Origin: Cyanobacteria bacterium M5B4
GTDB taxonomy: Bacteria; Cyanobacteriota; Cyanobacteriia; Pseudanabaenales; Pseudanabaenaceae
Assembly: GCA_002861535.1 (NCBI GenBank)
Contig: PHFO01000001.1
Coordinates: forward strand, 1,858 to 65,857
Length of the DNA: 64,000 nt
Reading direction: 5' to 3'
Both the position numbers and the translations under genes were made by a program. Shown here one piece after another: positions 21,334 to 31,487 of this stretch (position 1 is the stretch's first letter; each line of letters begins with the position of its first letter). The notes below the pieces were generated by a model that did not search any database, was not told the DNA's origin, and worked only from the letters and a program-made list of their open reading frames with translations.

Positions 21334-22713
21334 GTGTTTGACTACGATTTAATGATTATTGGTGCTGGGGTAGGAGGACATGGTGCCGCCCTGCATGGTG
21401 TTGCCCAAGGATTAAAAACGGCTATTGTGGAGGCATCGGACATGGGGGGCACCTGTGTCAATCGCGGTTGTATTCCTTCTAAGGCGCTGTTGGCGGCAGC
21501 GGGGCGCGTGCGAGAACTAAAAGCTAAGAGTCATTTGCAGGCTTTGGGAATTACAGTCGGGGAAGTAAATTTCGATCGGGAACAAATTGCCCGCCATGCT
21601 GCCACTACGGTAGCTAAACTGCGGGATGACCTCAGCCACAGCCTACAACGCTTGGGGGTAGATGTGATCCAGGGCAGGGGCAAAATCGCAGGAGTACAAA
21701 AAGTCCAGGTCAACGATCGGGTCTATAGTGCCAAAGATGTAATTATTGCTACTGGTTCTAAGCCCTTTGTCCCCCCTGGTATCACTTTAGATGGCAAGAC
21801 GGTTTTTACCAGTGATGAAGGCATCAGACTGGATTGGTTGCCCCAGTGGATCGCCATTATTGGCAGTGGCTACATCGGTTTGGAATTTTCTGACATCTAT
21901 ACTGCCCTTGGCTGTGAAATTACCATGATTGAAGCCTTGGATCAGCTCATGCCCGGCTTTGATCCTGATATTGCCAAGTTAGCAGAGCGGGTACTGATCA
22001 AACCCAGGGACATCGAAACCTACAGGGGCGTGTTGGCTAAAAAAGTTACTCCTGGCAGTCCCGTCACGATCGAACTTGGCAATGGAGAAGTGCTAGAGGT
22101 GGATGCCTGTCTGGTGGCGACGGGGAGAGTGCCCCTCAGTCAAGATTTAGGTTTGGAGACCGTGGGGCTTAGTCCCAACAAGCGGGGCTTTATTGAAGTT
22201 GACGATCGCATGGCAACGGGGGTAGACCACCTGTGGGCGATCGGGGATGTGACCGGTAAAATGATGCTTGCCCATGCTGCCGCTGCCCAGGGGGTAACAG
22301 TGGTGGAAAATATCTGCGGTCGGAACCGATCGGTAGACTATCTCAGTATTCCGGCGGCTGCCTTTACCCATCCCGAAATTGGCTTTGTGGGACTGACGGA
22401 ACCCCAAGCCCAGGAGAAAGCCCAGGCAGAGGGATTCACGATCGGGGTGGGGCGCTCCTACTTTAAGGGCAATTCCAAGGCGATCGCGGAGGGAGAGACC
22501 GATGGACTAGCTAAGATTATCTATCGCCAAGACGATCGTACTCTTCTGGGAGTGCATATTTTTGGTCTGCATGCCTCGGACCTAATTCAAGAAGCGGCGC
22601 AAGCGATCGCTAGTCGTGCCACGGTAGATCAGTTGGCGTTTTGTGTCCATGCCCATCCCACTTTAAGTGAAGTGTTGGATGAAGCGTACAAGAGTATTAT
22701 GCGCGCTAACTAG
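21334..22713 (+). CDS. lpdA: dihydrolipoyl dehydrogenase
   Basis: [15 protein letters not shown] motif, redox-active [14 protein letters not shown]-terminal [11 protein letters not shown] start. Confidence 0.9.
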   Translation: MFDYDLMIIGAGVGGHGAALHGVAQGLKTAIVEASDMGGTCVNRGCIPSKALLAAAGRVRELKAKSHLQALGITVGEVNFDREQIARHAATTVAKLRDDLSHSLQRLGVDVIQGRGKIAGVQKVQVNDRVYSAKDVIIATGSKPFVPPGITLDGKTVFTSDEGIRLDWLPQWIAIIGSGYIGLEFSDIYTALGCEITMIEALDQLMPGFDPDIAKLAERVLIKPRDIETYRGVLAKKVTPGSPVTIELGNGEVLEVDACLVATGRVPLSQDLGLETVGLSPNKRGFIEVDDRMATGVDHLWAIGDVTGKMMLAHAAAAQGVTVVENICGRNRSVDYLSIPAAAFTHPEIGFVGLTEPQAQEKAQAEGFTIGVGRSYFKGNSKAIAEGETDGLAKIIYRQDDRTLLGVHIFGLHASDLIQEAAQAIASRATVDQLAFCVHAHPTLSEVLDEAYKSIMRAN

Positions 22714-22720
22714 AAATTCA

Positions 22721-22760
22721 GAGGGGTAAAGAGGGAGTAACTCTTTATCTTTCCCCTTTT
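22721..22760. terminator. hairpin between convergent lpdA and cupin genes (possible bidirectional terminator)
   Basis: Perfect 7-bp stem TAAAGAG (22727-22733) / CTCTTTA (22741-22747), flanked by GAGGGG...CCCCTTTT. Confidence 0.4.
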
Positions 22761-22773
22761 CTCCGTTAAAAAA

Positions 22774-23157
22774 CTATTTGTTTTCTACCCTAGCATAGTC
22801 ATCATGGAAGCGAACGATGTCATCTTCCCCTAAGTATTCACCGTTTTGTACTTCAATAATGATTAAAGGAATAACGCCCGGGTTAGCTAAACGGTGGGCA
22901 GTACATTGGGGCACATAGGTGGATTGATTGCTACTGAGCATAATTTCTTGATCGCCGCAGATTACTTTGGCTGTGCCCGATACAACGATCCAATGTTCGC
23001 TGCGGTGGTGGTGCATTTGCAGGCTTAAACGATGTCCTGGCTTGACTTCGATGCGTTTGATTTTGTAGCCCTTGCCTTCTTCTAACACGGTGAAAGAACC
23101 CCAGGGTCTGATAGTAGTGGCGCTGACGTTTTGGGAGGATTCGGGCAGAGCATTCAT
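22774..23157 (-). CDS. cupin-domain protein (mannose-6-phosphate isomerase type II C-terminal domain-like)
   Basis: RPWGSFTVLEEGKGYKIKRIEVKPGHRLSLQMHHHRSEHWIVVSGTA. The start is taken at internal Met MNALPE, which removes the overlap with pcyA. Confidence 0.75.
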   Translation of the reverse strand: MNALPESSQNVSATTIRPWGSFTVLEEGKGYKIKRIEVKPGHRLSLQMHHHRSEHWIVVSGTAKVICGDQEIMLSSNQSTYVPQCTAHRLANPGVIPLIIIEVQNGEYLGEDDIVRFHDDYARVENK

Positions 23158-23221
23158 AAAGTTTATGGAAGTAGTTGCATACTTTATGATACCGATCGGG
23201 TTTAGAATCGTCAAATAGCTT

Positions 23222-23956
23222 CTAATTTCGATCGGTGGGATCAAACAAAAAATGATGGATGTATGCTTCTGTCCATTCTGCGCCATAAAAACGGGTAAAC
23301 ATGCCTCGGGCTGGGTCTTTAGCGGCGCGATAATCTAAATAGCGCTGCTGGGCTTGACTAATTAACGATCGTTTTTCATCCTCTGCGATCGGTTCTGCGG
23401 CATTGACATACTGGACATACATGTGCAAATACTCTTGGAAAGCTTGAAAGACGATCGTTTTTACTTTTTCTGTTTCCTTCGGTCTTGTCCATAAAAAGGC
23501 AGGAGAAAAAAAACAAGCCGCTTCCGCTGGGAAATCTCCCCCCCAGGGCAGGCTCTCTTGATAACGATCGTGAATTTCTAACAAAGGAGTAGCATACTTT
23601 GCTAAGTAGTCTGGATCATTGCCAAACAAGGGTTGCATATCAATAGCAATTAAATGTCCCCCTGGCAAGGTGACTAAATCAGCCCCAAAAAAGGGCAAAT
23701 CGTAGGCAATGCGCGGGAAAATGACAAAATTCAATACTTGTAAACTATTGCCCCCTTCCACATGGGCGGCGCGAATCTGACGCAGTTTAGTAGTCTGGAG
23801 GGCATAACTGGTGGTTTTAACTTCGTTTTGGTGCGCCCCCTTCCCCACGATCGCTGATTTCTGCTCAAAGCCCTGGGGGATAGGATAGGCATGGCAGACT
23901 AGGTTTTGCTGTAAATATTGGAGGGCGTAATCTAAAAAAGGCTTGTATAAAGACAT
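23222..23956 (-). CDS. pcyA: phycocyanobilin:ferredoxin oxidoreductase
   Basis: [20 protein letters not shown] and [18 protein letters not shown] are ferredoxin-dependent bilin reductase (PcyA) signatures. The start is taken at MSLYKPF. Confidence 0.85.
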   Translation of the reverse strand: MSLYKPFLDYALQYLQQNLVCHAYPIPQGFEQKSAIVGKGAHQNEVKTTSYALQTTKLRQIRAAHVEGGNSLQVLNFVIFPRIAYDLPFFGADLVTLPGGHLIAIDMQPLFGNDPDYLAKYATPLLEIHDRYQESLPWGGDFPAEAACFFSPAFLWTRPKETEKVKTIVFQAFQEYLHMYVQYVNAAEPIAEDEKRSLISQAQQRYLDYRAAKDPARGMFTRFYGAEWTEAYIHHFLFDPTDRN

Positions 23957-24061
23957 AGCAAAAAATTTATATTGCCCAGGATACCAGATGTCCACTATTT
24001 AGGTATATCCTATTAGGCAATACAGCCGAATATAATAGATTTGTTCCCAAGGCAACTACAA

Positions 24062-24655
24062 ATGATCCCAACCGTAATTGAACAATCTGGCAGAGGCGAA
24101 CGTGCCTACGATATTTATTCTCGTCTGTTAAGAGAACGTATCATCTTTTTAGGGGATCAAGTCACCTCCGACCTAGCTAACGCGATCGTGGCTCAACTCC
24201 TTTATCTGGAAGCTGACGACCCAGAAAAGGACATTTTCTTGTATATCAATTCTCCTGGCGGCTCCGTCACCGCAGGTATGGCAATATATGACACGATGCA
24301 ACATATCCGCCCTGATGTGGTGACAATCTGTGTGGGCTTGGCGGCTAGCATGGGTGCCTTTTTGTTGGCAGGGGGCGCTGCTGGTAAGCGCATGTCTCTA
24401 CCCCATTCGCGGATTATGATTCACCAACCTCTGGGAGGCGCTCAGGGTCAGGCGACGGACATTGAAATTCAGGCAAAGGAAATTCTCTACCACAAGCAGC
24501 GATTGAATGAGTTGTTGGCATTCCATACGGGGCAACCCTTTGAGCGCATTGCCGCAGATACGGAGCGGGACTTTTTTATGTCGGCGCAGGAGGCAAAGGA
24601 CTACGGTCTAGTCGATCAGGTAGTGGTCAGCCGCAATGGGGCATTGGCAGCATGA
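24062..24655 (+). CDS. clpP: ATP-dependent Clp protease proteolytic subunit
   Basis: [31 protein letters not shown], catalytic Ser [11 protein letters not shown], His IMIHQPLGG. Confidence 0.95.
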   Translation: MIPTVIEQSGRGERAYDIYSRLLRERIIFLGDQVTSDLANAIVAQLLYLEADDPEKDIFLYINSPGGSVTAGMAIYDTMQHIRPDVVTICVGLAASMGAFLLAGGAAGKRMSLPHSRIMIHQPLGGAQGQATDIEIQAKEILYHKQRLNELLAFHTGQPFERIAADTERDFFMSAQEAKDYGLVDQVVVSRNGALAA

Positions 24656-25125
24656 ACAATTCTGACTGGCAGGCTCGTTTAGTGGCAGCCTTGCTTTACC
24701 TTTTACCCCTAACTGCGGTGATGCCGATCGGGGTCTACTTTTTCCAGGAGCTGCCGTTTCTGCTTCCTTTGTTTATGCCCCTGCTATGGTTGCATCGCTT
24801 CCTTAACTTCCCGATCCTCTCTTTTATTTCCTTGGATACGGTGTTGTTTTTTGTTGTCTATGGCTTAGTGGTCAGAAGCGATCGCTTCCGCCGATCGGTG
24901 CGGGTGAATGGGATGCAGGCTCTGTTACTGTCGATCGTGGTGTTCATCAGTTCTCTACTGCTCCGCTGGGCGGGGGCGGCTGTGCCTCTGCTGGGACAGG
25001 TGTTAGCGAATACGACCTTTATTGGTATTGTTGCCGCCAGTGTCTGGGGTATGGGGCAAGGAATCAGGGGCGAGGTGGCTACATTGCCTGGTATTTCTGA
25101 GGCGGCTCAGATTCAGGTCAGGTAG
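24652..25125 (+). CDS. Tic20-like membrane protein (paralog 1)
   Basis: 4-TM protein with [12 protein letters not shown]...[11 protein letters not shown], similar in layout to ORF 47905..48396. Confidence 0.55.
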   Translation: MNNSDWQARLVAALLYLLPLTAVMPIGVYFFQELPFLLPLFMPLLWLHRFLNFPILSFISLDTVLFFVVYGLVVRSDRFRRSVRVNGMQALLLSIVVFISSLLLRWAGAAVPLLGQVLANTTFIGIVAASVWGMGQGIRGEVATLPGISEAAQIQVR

Positions 25126-26319
25126 ATGTTTGGCGTCCGATCGGAGATTTTGCAACTCCAGCCTAGTTTGGTGCGGTGGCGTAGGCACCTCCATCGCTTC
25201 CCAGAATTGGGCTTTAAGGAGAAACAAACTAGCGCCTTTATTCAGGAACACCTCAAGGAGTGGGGCATTCCCTACTTCGTGGTGGTAGGCACGGGGGTAG
25301 TAGCCACGATCGAGGGTCACACCACCGATCGAGTCTTAGCGATCCGCGCTGACATGGATGCCCTGCCGATCCAAGAGGCAAACATCACCGATTACCGTTC
25401 CCAAATTGATGGCATTATGCACGCCTGCGGTCACGATGGTCATACGGCGATCGCGATGGGCACAGCCTACTATTTATGGCAACACCGCCAGGAGTTAAAG
25501 GGGACGGTGAAAATTCTGTTCCAGCCCGCCGAAGAAAGCCCAGGGGGAGCTAAGCCCATGATCGAGGCTGGAGTTTTGCAAAATCCCAGAGTAGATGCCA
25601 TTCTCGGCTTACATATCTGGAATAATTTACCCCTGGGCACGATCGGGGTCAAGCCTGGGGCATTGATGGCAGCGGTAGAAATTTTTGACTGCACCATCAC
25701 CGGCAGGGGCGGTCATGGGGCAATTCCCCACCAAACGATCGATGCGGTCGTAGTTGGTGCCCAGGTAGTCAATGCCCTACAAACGATCGTCAGTCGTAAC
25801 ATTGACCCCCTCGATAGCGCTGTAGTCACGATCGGCAAGTTCCAGAGCGGTCATGCCCCCAATGTGATTGCCAATACAGCGGAGTTAAGCGGCACCGTGC
25901 GCTACTTTAATCCCCAGTTAGAACACCTAATTCGCCAGCGGGTAGAACAGATAATTAGGGGGGTATGCGATTGTCACGGCGCAACCTACGCACTAGACTA
26001 TAAAAAATACTATCCTCCTGTAGTCAATGATCCAGCCATGACCAGCCTGGTGCAGGCAGTAGCAGCGGAAACGATCGAGTCCAGTGTTATTCCCGAATGT
26101 GCCACTTTGGCGGCGGAAGATATGTCATTTTTTTTACAAACAGTACCTGGTTGTTTTTTCTTTTTAGGCAGTGCCAACGCTGCCAAAGGCTTAGACTACC
26201 CCCATCACCATCCCCGCTTTGATTTCGATGAGACTGTTTTAGGTATTGGGGTAGAAATGTTTGTCAGATGTACCGATCGTTTCTTCTCTAGTCATCCTAC
26301 TTTATGCCAGAACAAATAA
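25126..26319 (+). CDS. M20D family amidohydrolase (N-acyl-amino acid amidohydrolase-like)
   Basis: RRHLHRFPELGFKE, MHACGHDGH and FQPAEE metal-ligand motifs. Confidence 0.85.
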   Translation: MFGVRSEILQLQPSLVRWRRHLHRFPELGFKEKQTSAFIQEHLKEWGIPYFVVVGTGVVATIEGHTTDRVLAIRADMDALPIQEANITDYRSQIDGIMHACGHDGHTAIAMGTAYYLWQHRQELKGTVKILFQPAEESPGGAKPMIEAGVLQNPRVDAILGLHIWNNLPLGTIGVKPGALMAAVEIFDCTITGRGGHGAIPHQTIDAVVVGAQVVNALQTIVSRNIDPLDSAVVTIGKFQSGHAPNVIANTAELSGTVRYFNPQLEHLIRQRVEQIIRGVCDCHGATYALDYKKYYPPVVNDPAMTSLVQAVAAETIESSVIPECATLAAEDMSFFLQTVPGCFFFLGSANAAKGLDYPHHHPRFDFDETVLGIGVEMFVRCTDRFFSSHPTLCQNK

Positions 26320-26956
26320 GTTTGTTTGATTTTAATGAAACGCCTGCCGCGCCTGCAACCGATCGGACGGGCGTTTTACTGACCTCGACCAGTTAATTAC
26401 TACTGTCAGACAATGCCAGCAGTGCCCCTTAGGAGCAACGCGGCTCAACGTTGTGGTAGAGCGGGGTAACAGAGAAGCAAAAATTATGATTATCGGCGAA
26501 GGACCAGGGCAAAATGAAGATGAACAAGGCATTCCCTTTGTCGGTAAAGCAGGGCAATTACTAGATAAGATTTTGACTTCGGTGCAGTTAAATCCCGATC
26601 GGGATGTGTATATTTGCAATGTCGTTAAATGTCGTCCTCCAGGCAATCGGGTGCCCACCGATGAGGAAATGAACAGTTGTAAATCTTATCTGCTAGAGCA
26701 AATTCGTTTAGTTAACCCTTCCATCATTTTACTGACAGGCGCTACTGCCGTCCGTGCCATTACGGGGGACAAACGGGGCATTACTAAAATCCGCGGCACT
26801 TGGACTGAGTGGGAAGGCAGGTGGGTGATGCCGATTTTTCATCCCGCCTATTTGCTCAGAAATCAGAGTCGAGAGCCTGGTAGCCCCAAGTGGTTAATGT
26901 GGCAGGACATTCAAAAGGTGAAACAAAAATTGCTAGACATCTCTAGTTCTGTTTAA
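26304..26956 (+). CDS. uracil-DNA glycosylase family 4, frameshifted at T4 run 26374-26377
   Basis: GEGPGQNEDEQGIPFVGKAGQLLD and HPAYLLR. The Fe-S Cys motif CQQCPL lies upstream of the track start (26453) in the same frame with no start codon. ATG 26304 (MPEQISLFDFNET...) is in the +1 frame. Confidence 0.8.
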
Positions 26957-27047
26957 GCTGATTAAAATTCCTCATCAGAAACCGCTATGGAATTCCTGGG
27001 AGATAATTCTGCCTAATTCATATAATTAGGATAAAATTTTACTCCGA

Positions 27048-27141
27048 CAGGACTTACGTTTCTTTTGCTGAAACCCTCACCCTAGCCCTCTCCCAAAAAG
27101 AGGGAAGGGATTGAGGGACAGTTTTGTTTGGCGTAAGTCCT
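27048..27141. repeat. MITE-like repeat, copy 1
   Basis: Termini CAGGACTTACG / CGTAAGTCCT; internal CCCTCTCCCAAAAAGAGGGAAGGG hairpin region. Confidence 0.75.
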
Positions 27142-27167
27142 ATGCGATAGAAATTTAGTATGGAAAA

Positions 27168-28019
27168 TTGAATTTGAGTAAGCTATCATTCCTGGTGCCG
27201 GTATTAACAGTTTTGTTAGTAGTTTATTTGGGTCTATTATTATTAATTTATTTCAGTCAATCGCGTATGATTTTTATCCCTTCTCGTCAGGTTAGTATTA
27301 CGCCCAAAAGTGTAGGTTTAGGATTTGAGGCGGTACAATTGATGACTCCCGATCGAGTTAGGCTATCGGCTTGGTTTATTCCTAGCAAAGAGCCTGACAG
27401 TTACGTGATTTTACAGTGTCACGGCAACGGCGGCAATATTAGTAATCGGGTGGATTATAGTTTACTATTTCATCAGATGGGATTAGCTAGTTTGCAATTC
27501 GACTATCGGGGCTACGGTAACAGCGAAGGTACTCCTACAGAAGAGGGGCTATATTTAGATGCTATTACTGCCTGGGAATATTTAGTTAATGAAAGACAAA
27601 TTTCACCACACAAAATTATCTTATATGGTGAATCTTTAGGGGGTGGTGTTGCTAGTTATTTAGCACTACAAAAACCGATCGGGGGCTTAATTTTAGCTTC
27701 TACTTTTACATCGGTTCCCGATCGAGCGGCAGAACTTTATCCTTTTTTGCCAGTTCGTAGTTTGGCAAATTATCAATTTAATACCTACGATCGGTTGCCC
27801 CAGATAAAAGTGCCAGTTTTGGTAATTCACAGCCGCGAAGATGTCATTATTCCCTTTAGTCATGGGGAGAAAAATTTTGCTAGGGCAAATGAACCGAAGA
27901 TATTCTTAGAGATCAGCGGCGACCACAACTACGGTTTTTTAGATTCCGGTAAAGTTTACACCGATGGCATTTTAGACTTTATCGCTAAAATTGCCGCAGA
28001 AACCGTAAATCACTCGTAA
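27168..28019 (+). CDS. alpha/beta hydrolase
   Basis: N-terminal TM segment, HGNGGN oxyanion region, nucleophile elbow GESLGGG. TTG start. Confidence 0.8.
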   Translation: MNLSKLSFLVPVLTVLLVVYLGLLLLIYFSQSRMIFIPSRQVSITPKSVGLGFEAVQLMTPDRVRLSAWFIPSKEPDSYVILQCHGNGGNISNRVDYSLLFHQMGLASLQFDYRGYGNSEGTPTEEGLYLDAITAWEYLVNERQISPHKIILYGESLGGGVASYLALQKPIGGLILASTFTSVPDRAAELYPFLPVRSLANYQFNTYDRLPQIKVPVLVIHSREDVIIPFSHGEKNFARANEPKIFLEISGDHNYGFLDSGKVYTDGILDFIAKIAAETVNHS

Positions 28020-28986
28020 ATAAACGGCGAATGTCGTCAATTTGATGCAGTACCATTGCTAACCGTTCGATGCCTAAGCCCCAGGCAAACCCACTATACC
28101 GATCGGGGTCGTAGCCTACGGCTTTGAACACATTGGGGTCTACCATGCCACAGCCGCCAATCTCCAGCCAACGGTCTTTCCAGCGCACATCCACTTCCGC
28201 CGATGGCTCGGTAAAGGGGAAAAAGCTGGGGCGAAAACGCACTTCACATTCCCCAAATAGGGCTTCCACAAATAGCCTGACCGTACCCTTCAAATCGCCA
28301 AAGGTCAGTCCTTCATCTACTGCCAAAAGTTCTACCTGATGAAACATGGGAAAATGAGTGGCATCTACATCATCTTTGCGATAGACACGACCGGGGCAGA
28401 TAATCCTTACAGGAGGATCGTTTTGCTCCATAAAGCGTATCTGCACGGAAGAAGTATGAGTACGTAACAGCAAGCCATCTTGTAAATAAAAGGTGTCTTG
28501 CATATCCCTGGCGGGGTGGTCGGCGGGAGTGTTTAAGGCTTCAAAATTGTAATAATCCGTCTCTACCTCTGGTCCCTGGGCAACGGTGTACCCCAGTCCG
28601 ACCAGAATGTCCACCACCCGATCGATCGTGGCGGTAATGGGATGGCTCCTGCCCTGGAGGAAGGGAAACACGCCGGGCATGGTGACATCGATCGTTTCCG
28701 CTTCTAATTTTTTGGCAATTTCCAGGCGTTGCAGGGTGGTTTTCCGATCGTCTAACAGAGTCTGCACCAAGACCTTGACATCATTTGCCAGCGCGCCAAT
28801 CACAGGGCGATCGGGGGCGGGGAGCTTACCCATTGCCCCTAAAATTTGGGAGAGTTTACCTTTTTTACCCAAGAAGTCAAGGCGTAGTTGCTCCAACTGT
28901 TCGGGGGTCTGGGCGTTGCTGATAATATCCTTAGCTCCCTGGGACATCTCCTCTAACTGGGACTGGAGTTGGGCAAGATCGGTCAT
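27985..28986 (-). CDS. pheS: phenylalanine-tRNA ligase alpha subunit
   Basis: [35 protein letters not shown]-terminal DLRFLRQF. Confidence 0.95.
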   Translation of the reverse strand: MTDLAQLQSQLEEMSQGAKDIISNAQTPEQLEQLRLDFLGKKGKLSQILGAMGKLPAPDRPVIGALANDVKVLVQTLLDDRKTTLQRLEIAKKLEAETIDVTMPGVFPFLQGRSHPITATIDRVVDILVGLGYTVAQGPEVETDYYNFEALNTPADHPARDMQDTFYLQDGLLLRTHTSSVQIRFMEQNDPPVRIICPGRVYRKDDVDATHFPMFHQVELLAVDEGLTFGDLKGTVRLFVEALFGECEVRFRPSFFPFTEPSAEVDVRWKDRWLEIGGCGMVDPNVFKAVGYDPDRYSGFAWGLGIERLAMVLHQIDDIRRLFTSDLRFLRQF

Positions 28987-29018
28987 GGCGTTTTCAGTTG
29001 ACTGGTGTTAGTTTAGCA

Positions 29019-30851
29019 TTACCCCGCCGATCGGGAACGTCCCGCCTTTGCCAAGTAAGTCATGGGATTGATGGCGACACCGCCCCCAGGACGGACTTCA
29101 AAGTGGAGGTGGGGACCAGTGCTATAGCCTGTGCTACCCATAGCACCAATCACTTGGGATTGTTTTACTTGTTCCCCTGCCTTGACATAGAGGGCGCTCA
29201 TGTGGGCGTAGCGTGTGACTGTGCCGTTAGCGTGGAGGATGTCGATCATGTAGCCGTAACCACCGTCACTCCAGCCGGCGAATTGCACTACTCCAGAGGC
29301 AGCCGCCCAGATGGGAGTGCCGACAGGAGCGGCGATGTCAATGCCTTGGTGTAAGCGTCCCCAACGCCAACCAAAGCCGGAGGTCACAATACCGCTGGCG
29401 GGCCAGACAAATTCCTCAGACAAACCGTAGTTTGACGGATCGGGCAAGAAGTTAGCGGCATTGAGCCGGGGCAATTCCGGCGCTAGTCTGCCCAACTCGA
29501 TCGGTTGGGGATTAAAACCCGATCGGGCATTGGGATTGATAGCAGCGATTTTTTGTACCTGCTTGCTGTTTAGCTCTGCCCTTAATTTTTCCACTTCCTG
29601 TTGCAGATTTTTGACTTCCGGGTGAGTCATGCGGGCTTCTTCAATAGGCTTAAGCTGGGCGGGCTGGGCAACTGCAACTGGGGTTTGTTCTTTGGGGACT
29701 GGGTTGAGGGCTGCTAGTTGCTGGGGAATTGCCTCTTGTCGATTGGTCTCGATCGTTTTGGGTAGGGTAGGCAGTACAGGAGTTTTCACTGCTCTAGGGA
29801 CTTCGCTCGCTTCTGGTAGGGGGACAGCGGGCTGACGCACAATCTCGATCGTTGTCAGGGCTGCAACTCTGGTAGGTTCTCCTGGATTGAGTTGGGATTC
29901 TTCTTTTACAGGAAGAGCGGCGATCTTTTCTTCTTGTACAGGAGTTTTAATCTCAGACACGATCGGTAGGGGTTCTTCTTTGACGGGAAGAGCGGCAATC
30001 TTTTGTTCTGGAATTGGATTTTCTCCCCCTGCAGGTAAAATACCAAACTGGGCAGCCAATTCAATCAAACTACCCTTATTTCCCTGGGCAATCTCCTGGG
30101 AAATCGTAGGAATAAACTTGGGTAAATCCACCTTAGAGGTAGATACAGGGAGCATTCCCGGAATTTCTAGCTCCTGCCCCACAGCCAAAAAGTCGGGGTC
30201 TTGTAGTTGGTTAGCAGCAATAATTTCTGCCTTAGAAGTCTTAAACTCGATCGCTAGGTCCTCGATCGTGTCCCCTGGTTGCACCTTATAGGTTCCTGTT
30301 TGTTCCAGGGATGCCAGTTGCTTTTCTAGGCGCTCTTTCTCTTCAGCGAGGCGATTTTTAGCATCTTCGGCGCGGATATTCAGCAGAGTAGTGATATTGC
30401 CAGGCACTACGATCGGCTTGCCAGGTTCAACTTCTGGAGAGAATTTAGCAATCTCTTCTACCCTGACATCATAAAATTCAGCAATCTGCTCGATCGTTTC
30501 CCCTGGTTTGGCATGGTGTAGTACCCCTTCAGTAGGAGGAATCAGTAACTTTTCACCAACCGGAAGAGGGGTAAGGGCGCTGATATTGTTGGCAGCCGCA
30601 ATCACAGCGGCATCAAGATTGTAGGTCTTGCTCAAAAGCCACAGACTATCACCAGGCTGAACCTGATGCCATAAAAGCTGAGGGCGATCGCTACCGATCG
30701 GATTTAATTTGGTGGGAACAGTCTGGGCTTGCAAGTCGTCCTTAGGCTCATATATCAAAGTCCCTGTCGTACCGACTGAAATAGCTAACCCTAAAAGTGC
30801 GATCGAGTGATGCACTGCAGGAACTTGGGCGGGGAAAGAGAATTTATTCAA
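29019..30851 (-). CDS. LysM-repeat M23 family peptidoglycan metalloendopeptidase
   Basis: Several LysM units (e.g. HQVQPGDSLWLLSKTYNL, YKVQPGDTIEDLAIEF). C-terminal M23 motifs HQGIDIAAPVGTPI and GSTGYSTGPHLHFEV. Confidence 0.9.
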   Translation of the reverse strand: MNKFSFPAQVPAVHHSIALLGLAISVGTTGTLIYEPKDDLQAQTVPTKLNPIGSDRPQLLWHQVQPGDSLWLLSKTYNLDAAVIAAANNISALTPLPVGEKLLIPPTEGVLHHAKPGETIEQIAEFYDVRVEEIAKFSPEVEPGKPIVVPGNITTLLNIRAEDAKNRLAEEKERLEKQLASLEQTGTYKVQPGDTIEDLAIEFKTSKAEIIAANQLQDPDFLAVGQELEIPGMLPVSTSKVDLPKFIPTISQEIAQGNKGSLIELAAQFGILPAGGENPIPEQKIAALPVKEEPLPIVSEIKTPVQEEKIAALPVKEESQLNPGEPTRVAALTTIEIVRQPAVPLPEASEVPRAVKTPVLPTLPKTIETNRQEAIPQQLAALNPVPKEQTPVAVAQPAQLKPIEEARMTHPEVKNLQQEVEKLRAELNSKQVQKIAAINPNARSGFNPQPIELGRLAPELPRLNAANFLPDPSNYGLSEEFVWPASGIVTSGFGWRWGRLHQGIDIAAPVGTPIWAAASGVVQFAGWSDGGYGYMIDILHANGTVTRYAHMSALYVKAGEQVKQSQVIGAMGSTGYSTGPHLHFEVRPGGGVAINPMTYLAKAGRSRSAG

Positions 30852-31396
30852 TATTAAGCCTCCTAACTCAACTTTTAGGCGTTACTGGGTGATTACCACC
30901 TGTGGCTACCCTACCCTGCTATGTTTCTCTAAACTTGTTCACCATGAACAGATTTTTTTGCCAAAATGTGCATTGTCCTTTGTAGGAACCGATCGTGCAT
31001 AACAGTCTGGTTTTTGTCAATAGGAGCTAAACGGAGATAAACTAACGAATTTTATGGAAAATTTTTTGCCGATTCCTGTAATACATTGCCTAAATTCCTG
31101 CACAAGCCGTCAAAATTACTGCATTTTCAGACTTTTTAGAAACGCCTAAGCTGGGGAGACTTTAGGCAATTTAAGCTTAGCCGATCGGTTTATCTCCTTA
31201 AAGCTCTTTTTTTCTGGTATTTGCGCCCTCAAGCTACCCAAAATGTCAAAAATTTTGGGCGGCAAAAATTTTTCGGAAAATTTGGAAATTTTTATATTTT
31301 TCCCAGGGAAGGGGGTATGATTTGAGCCGTTTCTGCCTAGAGATTTTACTCACATCTATCTAAATGCAGAGTAAATACATAAATCTCAACAGGATC

Positions 31397-31437
31397 GTTA
31401 ACCCCCTCTTAAAGCAGTAATAACTAGAACTTAATTT
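31397..31437 (+). promoter_or_regulatory. candidate Pho box array (SphR/PhoB-type), four 8-mers at 11-bp spacing
   Basis: GTTAACCC (31397), CTTAAAGC (31408), AATAACTA (31419) and CTTAATTT (31430), compared with the cyanobacterial Pho-box unit CTTAACCT. TATAAA lies at 31457-31462, upstream of the phosphoesterase ATG at 31488. Confidence 0.35.
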
Positions 31438-31487
31438 GGGTATGCCAGGGTAAGAGTATAAATCCGATCGAATACCAAGGAATTTCT

